Shown: positions 18,554-28,759 of the stretch, one piece after another
How positions within the stretch are numbered: position 1 is the first letter of the stretch
Layout: each line of letters begins with the position of its first letter
Assembly (NCBI GenBank): GCA_958296055.1
Contig: CATQHS010000001.1
Location: 3,124,277 to 3,188,276, forward strand
Length of the DNA stretch: 64,000 bases
Direction of reading: 5' to 3'
Origin: an uncultured Acidimicrobiales bacterium
GTDB taxonomy: Bacteria > Actinomycetota > Acidimicrobiia > Acidimicrobiales > Aldehydirespiratoraceae
Made by a program: the position numbers and the translations under genes
The notes under the pieces: model-generated
Told to the model about the DNA's origin: nothing
Databases searched by the model: none
The model's input: the letters and a program-made list of their open reading frames with translations, nothing else

Positions 18554-20668
18554 TCAGCCCGCCAGGGCCCGGCGGACGCCGGCCGCGATCCGCTCCGGCG
18601 TGATGGTCGAGTACCGCTCCAGCCGGGTCGGGCCCCAGAACACGTCGGCGTGGGCCACCCTCACCGGCGGGGACTCCAGGAAATAGGCCCCCCGCTCGGC
18701 CACGGCGGCCACCACCTCGGCCCCGAAGCCGCCGGTGAGCTGAGCCTCGTGGGCCACCACCAGCCGCCCGGTCTTCTCGACGCTGGCCAGCACCAGATCC
18801 CGGTCCCAGGGGTACAGGGTCCGCAGGTCGATCACCTCGGCCGACACCCCCTCTGCGGCCAGTGCCTGGGCTGCCTCCAGGGCCGCATGCACCGGCGGCC
18901 CCCACGACACCACCGTGGCGTCGGCGCCGGCCCGCCGGACCCGGCCCCGCCCGAACGGGATCAGGTACGGCTCGGTCGGCACCGGCTCGCGGAGCCCCCG
19001 GTACAGCGAGACGGGCTCCAGGAGCACCACCGGGTCCTCGCCGGCCAGGGCCGTCTCCAGCAGCCCCTTGGCGTCATAGGGGGTGCAGGGGTAGGCCACG
19101 ACCAAGCCCGGGGCGTGGGCGAAGTAGGCCTCGGGCGAGTCGGTGTGGAACTCGTAGTTGCCCAGGTTGGTGCCCACCGGCATCCGGATCACCACCGGCG
19201 CGGTCATGTGGCCCCGGTAGCGCCACCGGATGCGCCCGGCGTGGCCGACGATCTGGTCGAAGGCCGGGTAGGCGAACCCGGCGAACTCGATCTCGGCCAC
19301 CGGCCGCAGGCCGGCCATGGCCATGCCCACCGCCGTTCCCACGATGCCGGTCTCGCACAGCGGCGTGTCGATCACCCGGTCGGGCCCGAACTCGTCGAGC
19401 AGGCCCTCGGTCACCCGGAACACCCCGCCCTCGAGGGCCACGTCCTCGCCCAGCGCCACCAGCGCCTCGTCCCGCTCGAAGGCGGCGGCCAGGGTGAGGT
19501 TGAGCGCCTCGGTCAGGTCGAGAGTGCGGGTGGGGCCTTCGGGGGCCGGCTCGGGGCCCGGGGTCCAGATCTCCCCGGCGGCCACCGCTGCGGGGGGCTC
19601 GCCCGCGTCGGCCTGCTCGCCGCGGAGCTGGTCGGCCAGGGCCTCGGGCATGCGGGTGAACAGGTGCCGGGGCGAGTAGTCCCGGCCCACCGGGGGGCGG
19701 GCCTCCAGCTCGTCCACCGCCGCCTCCAGGCGGGCCGAGAGGTCCTCGCGCATCGACTCCTCCCGCTCGGCCGCCCACAGGCCCCTGCCCTCCAGGAACT
19801 TCCGCATGCGGGTCACGGGGTCTTTGGCCCGCCATTCGGCCTCCTCCTCGGCGGTCCGGTACACCGGGGTTCCGTCGTAGGTGGAGTGGGGGGCGTAGCG
19901 GTAGGCCAGCAGCTCGATGAGGGTCGGCCCCCCGCCCCGGGCGGCCCGCTGCACCGCCTGGTGGGCGGCCGCATAGACGGCCAGGGGGTCCATGCCGTCC
20001 ACCAGCACCCCTTCGAACCCGTAGGCGGCGGCCTTGGCGGCCAGGGTGGGCGACGCCGTCTGCTTGTCGACGGTGGTGGACTGGGCCACCTGGTTGTTCT
20101 GGCACAAGAACACGGTGGGGGCCTTCCACACCCCGGCGAAGTTCATGGCCGCGTGGAAGTCCGACTCCGAGGTGGCGCCGTCGCCGAACACGGCCATGGT
20201 CACGGTGTCGCGGCCCTGGCGGCGCTCGGCGCAGCCGAAGCCCACGGCGTGGGGGAGGTGGGTGCCGATGGTGGCGTTGAGGCGGGTTATGCGATAGCGG
20301 CGTACGTCCCAGATGTCGGTGTCGTCGGGGATGCCCATCCAGAAGCCGACCACGCCGAGGGCGTCCATGCCCCGGGCGATCCACATCCCCAGCTCCCGGT
20401 AGGCGGTGAAGATCCAGTCGGCGTCCCGCAGCGCCAGCGCCGCGCCCACGTGGGCCTCCTGGCCGCTCACCTGGTAGTAGGCGGGCATCCGGCCCTGGCG
20501 CTGGAGGTTGAGCAGCTTCTCGTCGGCCATCCGGGTGGTGAGGAGGTGCCGGTACATCTCCACCAGGCGCTCGTCGTCGAGGTTGGGCGGGGCGTCGACC
20601 AGCTCGCCGTCGGGATCGAGGATTCGGTGCAATAGGGGCCTCGCGGTGGGTGGTACGTTCCGGGGCAT
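18554..20668 (-). CDS. 2-oxoacid dehydrogenase E1 component, fused alpha and beta subunits (TPP-dependent)
   Basis: E1-alpha TPP motif VFGDGATSESDFHAAMNFAGVWKAPTVFLCQNN, followed in the same frame by E1-beta (ALGEDVALEGGVFRVTEGL...VIDTPLCETGIVGTAVGMAMAG). Start taken at MPRNVPP (20668). The 171 codons further upstream in the track ORF are antisense to the SDR gene. Confidence 0.85.
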   Translation of the reverse strand: MPRNVPPTARPLLHRILDPDGELVDAPPNLDDERLVEMYRHLLTTRMADEKLLNLQRQGRMPAYYQVSGQEAHVGAALALRDADWIFTAYRELGMWIARGMDALGVVGFWMGIPDDTDIWDVRRYRITRLNATIGTHLPHAVGFGCAERRQGRDTVTMAVFGDGATSESDFHAAMNFAGVWKAPTVFLCQNNQVAQSTTVDKQTASPTLAAKAAAYGFEGVLVDGMDPLAVYAAAHQAVQRAARGGGPTLIELLAYRYAPHSTYDGTPVYRTAEEEAEWRAKDPVTRMRKFLEGRGLWAAEREESMREDLSARLEAAVDELEARPPVGRDYSPRHLFTRMPEALADQLRGEQADAGEPPAAVAAGEIWTPGPEPAPEGPTRTLDLTEALNLTLAAAFERDEALVALGEDVALEGGVFRVTEGLLDEFGPDRVIDTPLCETGIVGTAVGMAMAGLRPVAEIEFAGFAYPAFDQIVGHAGRIRWRYRGHMTAPVVIRMPVGTNLGNYEFHTDSPEAYFAHAPGLVVAYPCTPYDAKGLLETALAGEDPVVLLEPVSLYRGLREPVPTEPYLIPFGRGRVRRAGADATVVSWGPPVHAALEAAQALAAEGVSAEVIDLRTLYPWDRDLVLASVEKTGRLVVAHEAQLTGGFGAEVVAAVAERGAYFLESPPVRVAHADVFWGPTRLERYSTITPERIAAGVRRALAG

Positions 20669-21512
20669 GGTAAGCGCCGAAGGGGCCGATCCCGTTAGCC
20701 CCGTTAGCCGCCCGATCCCCGCCGCCCGCCGGGACGAGGCCGCGGACCCCTTCTCGGTGCGGGGCCGGCGGATCGTGATCGTCGGCGGCACCGCCGGCAT
20801 CGGGCTGGCCGCGGCCGCCCACCTGGCCGGCGCCGGCGCCGACGTCACCATCACCGGCCGCCGCCGGGCCGGCGGTGAGATCGCGGCTGGCGCCGGGGCC
20901 CGGTTCGCGGCCATGGACGTGGCCGACGACGACTCGGTGGCGGCCGGGTTCGCGGCCATCGCCCAAGCCGTCGGCGGCATCGACTGCCTGATCCACAACG
21001 CCGGCGTCGACTTGGCCCACGGGCCGCTGGAAGAGCTCGACCTGGGCGCTTTCGAGCGGGTGATCGACGTGAACACCCTGGGCGCGGTCCGATCGGTGGC
21101 CCGGGCCGTCGGGCTGATCCCCCCGGGCGGGTCGATCGTGGTCACCAGCTCGCCCGCGGGCACGGTGACCGCTCCGGGCATGGCCGCCTACTCGGCCTCC
21201 AAGGCCGCGCTGGACATGCTGGTGAAGACCTGGGCCCTGGAGCTCGGGCCCCGGGGGGTGCGGGTCAACGCGGTGCTGCCCGGCATCGTCGAGAGCGAGA
21301 TGGGGTCGGAGTCGGCGCCGGACGTGGAGCTGATCCGGCGCATGACCGCCAACGGCGCCTACCGCCGGGCCGCCGAGCTGGGCCCGGTGTTCCAGTTTCT
21401 CGCCTCCGACGCCAGCGCCACCCTCACCGGCTCGCTGGTCGGCGCCCACGACGGCATCTCGGCCGGCTACAGCCATCAAGTGCTGGAAAGACTCGGCGCC
21501 GACCTCGGTTGA
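20667..21512 (+). CDS. SDR family oxidoreductase
   Basis: Contains IVIVGGTAGIGLA, NAG and YSASKAALDML. The ATG at 20667 overlaps the divergent E1 start by 2 nt; a downstream GTG (about 20758) is an alternative start. Confidence 0.8.
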   Translation: MVSAEGADPVSPVSRPIPAARRDEAADPFSVRGRRIVIVGGTAGIGLAAAAHLAGAGADVTITGRRRAGGEIAAGAGARFAAMDVADDDSVAAGFAAIAQAVGGIDCLIHNAGVDLAHGPLEELDLGAFERVIDVNTLGAVRSVARAVGLIPPGGSIVVTSSPAGTVTAPGMAAYSASKAALDMLVKTWALELGPRGVRVNAVLPGIVESEMGSESAPDVELIRRMTANGAYRRAAELGPVFQFLASDASATLTGSLVGAHDGISAGYSHQVLERLGADLG

Positions 21513-22384
21513 GCGTTCTCATGTCCCGACCTCCCTCGACGCGCTCCGGTGAGCTCGAAGGCCAGGTGGCGCTGATCACCGGGGCCGGGCGCCGGGGCGG
21601 GATAGGCCAGGCCGCGGCCCGGCGGCTGGCCTCCGCCGGGGCCTCGGTGCTGATCACCGACCTGGCCCGGGACCGGCCCGAGCTGCGCCAGGACGAGACC
21701 CACGGCCTGGGCGACGACCTGGCCGCCATGGAGCGCTTCGCCGCCGAACTGGAGGCCGAGACCGGGGCGCGGGTGTTGGCCGCGCCCCTGGACGTGACCG
21801 ACCAGGCTCAGGCGGAGGCCGCGGTCGGGCTGGCCGTGGACGAGCTGGGCTCGCTCGACGTGTTGTTCAACAACGCCGGCGCCACCACCGGGGTGGGCCC
21901 GGTGATGGGTGGCGCCGACGAGGGGTGGGAGCTGTCCTGGCAGGTCAACGTGATGGGCACCCGCCGGATGTGCATGCTGGCCATAGAGGTCATGGCCGCC
22001 CGCCGCGGAGGGGTGATCGTCAACAACATCTCGGTAGCCGGGATCGTCTCCGACGCCGGCTACGGCGCCTACAACGTCACCAAGTTCGGGGTCGCCGCCC
22101 TCACCAAGCTCATCGCCAAAGAGCACGGCGCCGACGGCATCCGCTGCGTCGGGGTGTGCCCCGGCCCCATCGACACCCAGATGGCGGTGGCCAACCGCCG
22201 GCTGGTGGCCCGGCTCGAGGGCATCAGCGACGCCGAGGCCTCCGACCGGCTGATCTCAGGCGTGCCCCTGGGCCGCTGGGGCGACCCCGACGACGTGGCC
22301 CGGGCGGTGGCGTTTCTGGCCTCGCCCGCCGCCTCCTACCTGACCGGCGTGCTGCTGCCCGTCGACGGCGGCCTGCTGCCCTAG
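21509..22384 (+). CDS. SDR family oxidoreductase
   Basis: 291 aa. Contains ALITGAGRRGGIGQAAA, NNAG and YNVTKFGVAALTK. Start overlaps the stop of the previous gene. Confidence 0.85.
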   Translation: MSVLMSRPPSTRSGELEGQVALITGAGRRGGIGQAAARRLASAGASVLITDLARDRPELRQDETHGLGDDLAAMERFAAELEAETGARVLAAPLDVTDQAQAEAAVGLAVDELGSLDVLFNNAGATTGVGPVMGGADEGWELSWQVNVMGTRRMCMLAIEVMAARRGGVIVNNISVAGIVSDAGYGAYNVTKFGVAALTKLIAKEHGADGIRCVGVCPGPIDTQMAVANRRLVARLEGISDAEASDRLISGVPLGRWGDPDDVARAVAFLASPAASYLTGVLLPVDGGLLP

Positions 22385-22567
22385 CCTCCGGCCCGGACCC
22401 CTCCCCGGCCCGGGTGCCCGGTGCCGCCTCGGCGAAGCGGCCTCCTCGGCCCGGGTGAGGGCTGGCTCATGCCGCCTCTAAACTGCAAAGTCGGGCCCGG
22501 CCCGGGTCGGGCCCGGCGGATGTTCTGTGACGACCTGCCCGCTAAGGGCGAAGAAGGGGATTCAATC

Positions 22568-23917
22568 GTGCTCATCACCCAATCGAGGCGTTGGCTGATC
22601 GCGGTCTGCACCGTCGTGGCGCTGGCGGCCGCGGCCTGCGGCGGCGACGACAGCGACGACAACGGCGGCGGCGCCGCTCCGGCCACCACCACTGCCGCGC
22701 CCGCGGCCGAGGCCCCCGACGACGAGCCCGCCGCCACCACGGCCGCGCCCGCCACCACCGCCGCGCCCGCGGCCGAGCCGGAGGCGCCGGCGGAGGAGTC
22801 GAAGCCGCCCATCAAGATGGCGGTGATCAACCAGGAGGACGGCCTGTACGCCTGGCCGGAGGTCTCGGAGAACACCCGCATCTTCGTCGATTGGATCAAC
22901 GCCAACGGCGGCATCGACGGCCACATGCTCGAGATGGACCTGTGCACCTCCGGCGACGACCCGGAGTCGGCCCAGGCCTGCGCCCAGCGGTTCGCCAACG
23001 ACGACTCGGCCGAGTTCGTGTACATCGCCACCATTCTCAACAGCGCCCCGGTGTACGAGGCGCTGGGCCCCGGCGGGGCCAACAAGCCCATGATCGGCCA
23101 GATGCTCTGGGACGTGCCCGACTCGCTGCAGCCCGGCCTGTACAGCACCGACCCCGGCCTGCTGCCGCTGGCCTATGAGGCCATCCGCTTCGCGGTGGAG
23201 GAGGACGGCGCCTCCAGCCTGGCCGTGCTGGTGGACGACAGCGACATCGGCGAGGCCACCCTGGCCGTGGTCGATTACTTCCTGTCCACCCTGGGCGGGG
23301 CCACGCTCACGCCCGTGAAGATAAACATGGGCCAGGCCGACTTCCTGCCGGCCATGACCCGGGCCGGCGTGGCCGACTCCGACGGCTTGGTGCTGCTCAT
23401 CGCCGAGTCGGCGGCCTGCCAGCCCACCCGCGACGCGATGGAAGCCCTCGGCGTCGGCGACGTGCCCGCCTACCTCGGCGACTGGTGCGTCGGGGAGGAG
23501 TTCCGGACCTCGGGCACCGCCGAGGGCTGGCGCATGGTCACCGGCGGGCGCGGCGCCCTGACCAACGACCCGCAAGCCCAGATGGTGCGGGACGTCTACG
23601 AAGCGGCCGGCGCGGAGCCCCCGGCCGGCCTGGCCTTCGCCGCCACCATGAACATGGACTTCCTGCGCCAGGTGCTGGAGCTGGCCGTCGAGCGGGCCGG
23701 GGGAGTGCCCACCGGCGCCGACGTGACCGCGGCCGCGGAGGAATGGTCGGGCTCGATCCTGCTCGGCCCCGACACCATGGACTGCCCGGGCGTGGGGATC
23801 TGGGCCTCGACCTGCAACTCGGCCGCCATCGTGATCAGCCTCCAAGACGGCGAGTGGGTGGCCCTGGAGGACTTCCAGTTGATCGACGTGGCGCTGTTCG
23901 ACCCGCTGCTGGGCTGA
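22568..23917 (+). CDS. ABC transporter substrate-binding lipoprotein (Liv / branched-chain amino acid type)
   Basis: Lipoprotein signal LIAVCTVVALAAAACGG, a long Ala/Pro/Thr/Asp linker, then a type-I periplasmic-binding-fold-like body. Operon context with LivHM/G/F. GTG 22568 with a GA-rich RBS is preferred over track start 22421. Confidence 0.7.
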   Translation: MLITQSRRWLIAVCTVVALAAAACGGDDSDDNGGGAAPATTTAAPAAEAPDDEPAATTAAPATTAAPAAEPEAPAEESKPPIKMAVINQEDGLYAWPEVSENTRIFVDWINANGGIDGHMLEMDLCTSGDDPESAQACAQRFANDDSAEFVYIATILNSAPVYEALGPGGANKPMIGQMLWDVPDSLQPGLYSTDPGLLPLAYEAIRFAVEEDGASSLAVLVDDSDIGEATLAVVDYFLSTLGGATLTPVKINMGQADFLPAMTRAGVADSDGLVLLIAESAACQPTRDAMEALGVGDVPAYLGDWCVGEEFRTSGTAEGWRMVTGGRGALTNDPQAQMVRDVYEAAGAEPPAGLAFAATMNMDFLRQVLELAVERAGGVPTGADVTAAAEEWSGSILLGPDTMDCPGVGIWASTCNSAAIVISLQDGEWVALEDFQLIDVALFDPLLG

Positions 23918-23955
23918 GCGGCCGGCCGGGAATCGGGGGATTGTCTCTCGGGTAA

Positions 23956-23987
23956 GGTCCGGGGCCGCTGACCGGCGGCCCCGGACC
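23956..23987 (+). terminator. perfect 13-bp GC hairpin between the binding-protein and permease genes (attenuator/terminator or mRNA-stabilising stem)
   Basis: ggtccggggccgc-tgaccg-gcggccccggacc, read directly. No U-tract follows. Confidence 0.45.
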
Positions 23988-24010
23988 GCCACCGATCACC
24001 GGGGGAGACG

Positions 24011-26107
24011 TTGGGTCCCTATCTCCAGCAGATCCTGCTCAGCTCGGGCGCCGGGGCCATATTCGCGGCGCTGGCCATCGGGCTGGTCCTCACCTACCGC
24101 TCGTCGGGGCTGATCAACTTCGCCCACGGGGCCATCGCCACCTACGTGGCCTACACCTACACCAGCCTCCAGAGTTCGGGCGACCTGCCGGTGCCGCCGC
24201 TGCCCAACCCGCTGGCCCCGGTCGAGGGCGTCTTCGGCGTGGAGATCCTCGACTTCCCCGACTTCGTCGACCTCGGGGACGGCTGGAACAAGTGGCCGGC
24301 GCTGGCCGGGGCCCTGGCGGTGGCGGCGCTGCTGGGCCTGGCCTTCCACTTCCTGGTGTTCCGAGCGCTGCGCTACCAGCCCCCGCTCACCAAGGTGGTG
24401 GCGTCGATCGGCCTGATGCTGGCCCTGCAGAGCGCGGTGGTGATCCGCTTCGGGGGGTCCCGCCCGCCCCCCATCGAGCCGCTGCTGCCGCCATCGGTGC
24501 GCTCCAGCACCGTCGACGTCTTGGGGACGATCGTCCCCTGGGACCGCTTCGTGCTGCTGGCCGTCACCCTGGGGCTGACCGCCGGGCTGTGGGCGCTGTT
24601 CCGGTGGACCCGCTTCGGGCTGCACACCCGGGCCGCGGCCGAGAACGAGCGCTACGCCACCCTGATGGGCATCTCCGCCGACCGCCAGGCCGCGCTGTCG
24701 TGGATGCTGGCCGCGGTGCTGGCCGGGTTCGTCGGCATCCTGGTGGCGCCCACCACCAGCCTCACCCCGTTCAACTTCACGCTGTTCATCGTGCCCGCGC
24801 TGGGGGCGGCGCTGCTGGCCCGGTTCACCTCGTTCTGGGTGGCCGCGGTCGGGGCGGTGGGCCTGGCCATGGCCCAGAACGTGCTGCTGTACGCCGAGAT
24901 CGACCATGGGTGGTTCCCCGATCTCAACCTCGACGCGGTGCTGCCCTTCGCGGTGATCGTGGTGGCCATGATGGCCCGGGGCCAGGTGCTGCCCCCCCGG
25001 GGGGCGGTGGAGACGGGGCGGCTGCCCCAGGCCTTCCCGTCGCCGTGGCGGCCCAGTCTGGCGCTGACGTGGGTGGCGCTGGCCGCGGCGGTGGTGATCT
25101 GGGGGCCGTTCGACTACCGGGCCGGGGTGACCAACTCCATGATCGGCGCCATCTTGGCGTTGAGCCTGGTGGTGGTGACCGGGTACGTGGGCCAGATATC
25201 GCTGGCCCAGCTCGCCTTCACCGGGGTGGCCGCAGCCGGGCTGGCCTCCTTCGGCGCCGACGCCGGCATCCCCTTCCCGCTGGCCCCGCTGCTGGCCGCG
25301 CTGGCCGCCACCGCCTTCGGGCTGCTGCTGGCCCTGCCCGCGCTGCGGGTGCGGGGCGCGTCGCTGGCCATAGCCACCCTGGCCAGCGCCCTGGCCATCG
25401 ACGAGCTGCTGTTCCGGGGCGACGGCTGGTTCCGCATCGAGGGCAACCCCAACCGGTCCTTCGACGATCCCTCCATGTTCGGCGTCGAGTTCGGCCCCAC
25501 CTCGAGCTTCCCCATCAACGGCGACGAGATCCCCACCCCGGCGTTCGGGCTGTTCGTGCTGGTGGTGCTGGTGCTGGCCTGCGGGGCGGTGATCCGGCTG
25601 CGCCAGAGCCGTCTGGGCGAGCAGATGCTGGCGGTTCGGGCCAACGAGCGGGCCGCGGCCGCGGCCGGGGTGAACGTGGCCGGGGTGAAGCTGGCCGCGT
25701 TCGGGATCGCCGCCTTTCTGGCCGGGATCGCCGGGGCCCTCAACGGCTACAAGCTCGGCTCGATCAAGATCGACAGCTTCAGCGTGCTGGCCAACCTCTC
25801 CATCCTGGCCTTCGCCTATCTGGGCGGCATCTCCACCGTCACCGGGGCGCTGTACGCGGGAACGCTGTTCGCCTCCGGGATCGGGGTGGTGCTGGGCGAA
25901 GAGCTGATCGAGCTGGGCCGCTACGAAACGTATGTGGCCGGCGTGGCCCTGATCGTTACCGCGGTGGTCAACCCCCAGGGCATCGACGGCTTCGACCGCC
26001 AGCAGCGAGAGCGGGTGAAGCGCTGGCTGCGCCGCCGGAGGGCCCGCCGGGCCGCCCGCCTGACCGCGGCGAGCGCAGCCGCGGGCGCCCAAGGGCCGGG
26101 GCCGTGA
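24011..26107 (+). CDS. branched-chain amino acid ABC transporter permease, fused LivH-LivM type
   Basis: 698 aa and highly hydrophobic throughout. The two halves resemble LivH then LivM (YVGQISLAQLAFTGVAA...). TTG start with a gggggag RBS. Confidence 0.8.
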   Translation: MGPYLQQILLSSGAGAIFAALAIGLVLTYRSSGLINFAHGAIATYVAYTYTSLQSSGDLPVPPLPNPLAPVEGVFGVEILDFPDFVDLGDGWNKWPALAGALAVAALLGLAFHFLVFRALRYQPPLTKVVASIGLMLALQSAVVIRFGGSRPPPIEPLLPPSVRSSTVDVLGTIVPWDRFVLLAVTLGLTAGLWALFRWTRFGLHTRAAAENERYATLMGISADRQAALSWMLAAVLAGFVGILVAPTTSLTPFNFTLFIVPALGAALLARFTSFWVAAVGAVGLAMAQNVLLYAEIDHGWFPDLNLDAVLPFAVIVVAMMARGQVLPPRGAVETGRLPQAFPSPWRPSLALTWVALAAAVVIWGPFDYRAGVTNSMIGAILALSLVVVTGYVGQISLAQLAFTGVAAAGLASFGADAGIPFPLAPLLAALAATAFGLLLALPALRVRGASLAIATLASALAIDELLFRGDGWFRIEGNPNRSFDDPSMFGVEFGPTSSFPINGDEIPTPAFGLFVLVVLVLACGAVIRLRQSRLGEQMLAVRANERAAAAAGVNVAGVKLAAFGIAAFLAGIAGALNGYKLGSIKIDSFSVLANLSILAFAYLGGISTVTGALYAGTLFASGIGVVLGEELIELGRYETYVAGVALIVTAVVNPQGIDGFDRQQRERVKRWLRRRRARRAARLTAASAAAGAQGPGP

Positions 26108-26924
26108 GCGCGGCGTCGAGGGCCGATGGGGCCGGGGCTGTGAGCGCGGCGTCGAGGGCCGATGGGGCCGGGGCCGGCGCGGTGCTGGAGACCGAGGGGC
26201 TGACCGTGCGCTTCGGCGGGGTGGTGGCGGTTGACGAGGTGAGCCTCGATTGCCGCTCCGGCGATCTGACCGGGCTGATCGGGCCCAACGGAGCGGGCAA
26301 GACCACCCTCATCGACGCGGTCACCGGCTTTTTGCCGGGCAACACTGCGGGCCGCGTCCGGTTCCGGGGCCGAGACTTGACTCGGATGGCCCCCCACCGC
26401 GTGGCCTGGGCCGGGCTGACCCGGACCTGGCAGTCGCTGGAGCTCTTCGACGACATATCGGTGCGCAGCAACCTGGACGTGGCCTCCCGCCGACTCACGC
26501 CGCTGGGGGCGGTCCGCGACTACCTGCGGGGCTCGGCCGACGCCTCCAGCGTCGATCAGGTCTTGGAATTGCTGGGGCTGGCCGATGTGGCCGATCGCCA
26601 GCCCCGAGAGCTGTCGCAGGGCCGGCGCAAGCTGGTGGGGGTGGGCCGGGCTCTGGTGGCCGGAGCAGCGCTGGTGATGCTGGACGAGCCGGCCGCCGGG
26701 CTCGACCGGGCCGAGACGGTCTGGCTGGGCGACCGGCTGCGGTCGTTGGTTGAGGCTGGCTACGACATGCTGCTGGTCGATCACGACATGAGCCTGGTGC
26801 TGAGGGTGTGCGACCGCATTCACGTGCTCGAGCTGGGCTCGCTCATCGCCACCGGCACCCCCGCTGAGATTCGCGACGACCCAACGGTGGTGGCCGCCTA
26901 CCTCGGATCCCACGGGAGCAGCCG

Positions 26925-26928
<4 letters not shown>
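26104..26928 (+). CDS. livG: ABC transporter ATP-binding protein (LivG type)
   Basis: LETEGLTVRFGGVVAVDEVS, Walker A GPNGAGKTT, signature LSQGRRKLV, Walker B LVMLDEPAAG. The GTG overlaps the permease stop. The first 72 nt are a 36-bp tandem duplication, so 26140 is an alternative start. Confidence 0.85.
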
Positions 26929-27704
<776 letters not shown>

Positions 27705-27777
27705 CCCGGCCCACGCCACCAGCCGCCCATCTTTGAAGATATCGAAGTGGGTGAGCAGTCATCGGGGTTGCATTAGT

Positions 27778-27798
27778 AATGGCGATTTATCCGCCATT
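27778..27798 (+). terminator. hairpin aatggcg-N7-cgccatt followed by a T/A-rich run, immediately after livF
   Basis: Read directly. Short stem, so weak. Confidence 0.3.
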
Positions 27799-28151
27799 TA
27801 ATATATTTAGGGATTATATGCAATCGTATGATCCCTTATTTATGGCTGAGAAGTCACCCGCAAAGGTGGCCAGTTCGCCCTGAAACCTGTACTCGATCTG
27901 GTCGACTGCGGGCGGTTATAGCTCTCGGAGAGGGTGCCTACCGATCGACTTTCTCTTAGACAGAGGCGTCCGCGATCTCGAACTCGTTGAGATGGTTACA
28001 TTTGGTAGGTGACGGAGGCAGCGGCCGGAGCGAAGCCGCAGCCGACGCAGCCCGGCTGGCCGCGACAACGACCCTGACGTCATTTCGCGTAGCGACTGGG
28101 ATGAAGGAGCGTGAGACGTCCGACGCCAGCCGCGAATGGGCCGCCCGACTG

Positions 28152-28583
28152 TCACCAAGAGACCACCAAGACGACGATCAAGTCGACGATCAAGATCGCC
28201 TGGATCACGATCCCGACGATGATGGGACGGCAGGGTTCGCCGTTCTGTTTGGCCTGCCAGCATGACCACGCCAGCCCGACGACTGGCACGATCAGCAGCA
28301 CAAAGGAGATGGTGGGCACGACAAGAAGCCTGCCTAAGGTAACGGGCGCGACAAGAGACCCGCTGAAGATGACGGACACGATAAGCGACCCACTAAAGAT
28401 GACGAGCCCGACAAGAGACCAGGCGAGCGGATCCATCGGTTTGCCGTTAGGGACCGGTTTGGGCGGCTCGGGGGGCTTGGTCAGCTCATTGAGCGACATC
28501 TCCTCGCAGTCGACCAGATCGGGCGCAGGTTTCGAAGCGAATTGGCTACCTTCGCGGGTGCCTTTAAGTTGGCGTGGATTCAT
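28152..28583 (-). CDS. small membrane protein (about 143 aa, 3-4 predicted TM segments), island-borne
   Basis: ATG at 28583 preceded by AAGGAG. Hydrophobic C-terminal two-thirds with an internal VIFSGSL(I/V) tandem repeat. The track ORF upstream to 28895 is an unsupported extension. Confidence 0.5.
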   Translation of the reverse strand: MNPRQLKGTREGSQFASKPAPDLVDCEEMSLNELTKPPEPPKPVPNGKPMDPLAWSLVGLVIFSGSLIVSVIFSGSLVAPVTLGRLLVVPTISFVLLIVPVVGLAWSCWQAKQNGEPCRPIIVGIVIQAILIVDLIVVLVVSW

Positions 28584-28759
28584 CGGAGATCCGATCTCCT
28601 TATCTTGTTGTCGACGTCGGACCGGTTTGCAGTATAGCGTTAAATCACGTCTCGCCGAAACAGTCATGGCGGCACCGCGGAATCGCCAACGGCCCGGACC
28701 GGGGAAAAGGGTTTTGCCTGCATCGCTGTGCAGGCACAGAGGAGGTTTTCTTTGATAGC

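Noticed and set aside
18650-20635. 661-aa plus-strand ORF
   Set aside because: It is antisense to the fused E1 gene, which carries clear TPP and E1-beta motifs. Low-complexity Gly/Arg/His/Pro composition.
20669-21181. 171-codon N-terminal extension of the E1 ORF
   Set aside because: It is antisense to the SDR gene and has low-complexity composition. The conserved E1-alpha N-terminal region begins right after M at 20668.
23996-26092. 698-aa minus-strand ORF
   Set aside because: It is an exact antisense shadow of the LivHM permease gene. It is a hydrophilic Gly/Arg/Pro/Gln-rich artefact, whereas the plus-strand product is a coherent polytopic membrane protein.
27916-28269. 117-aa minus-strand ORF in the island
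   Set aside because: It is Arg-rich, overlaps the better-supported membrane-protein gene in another frame, and has no RBS.
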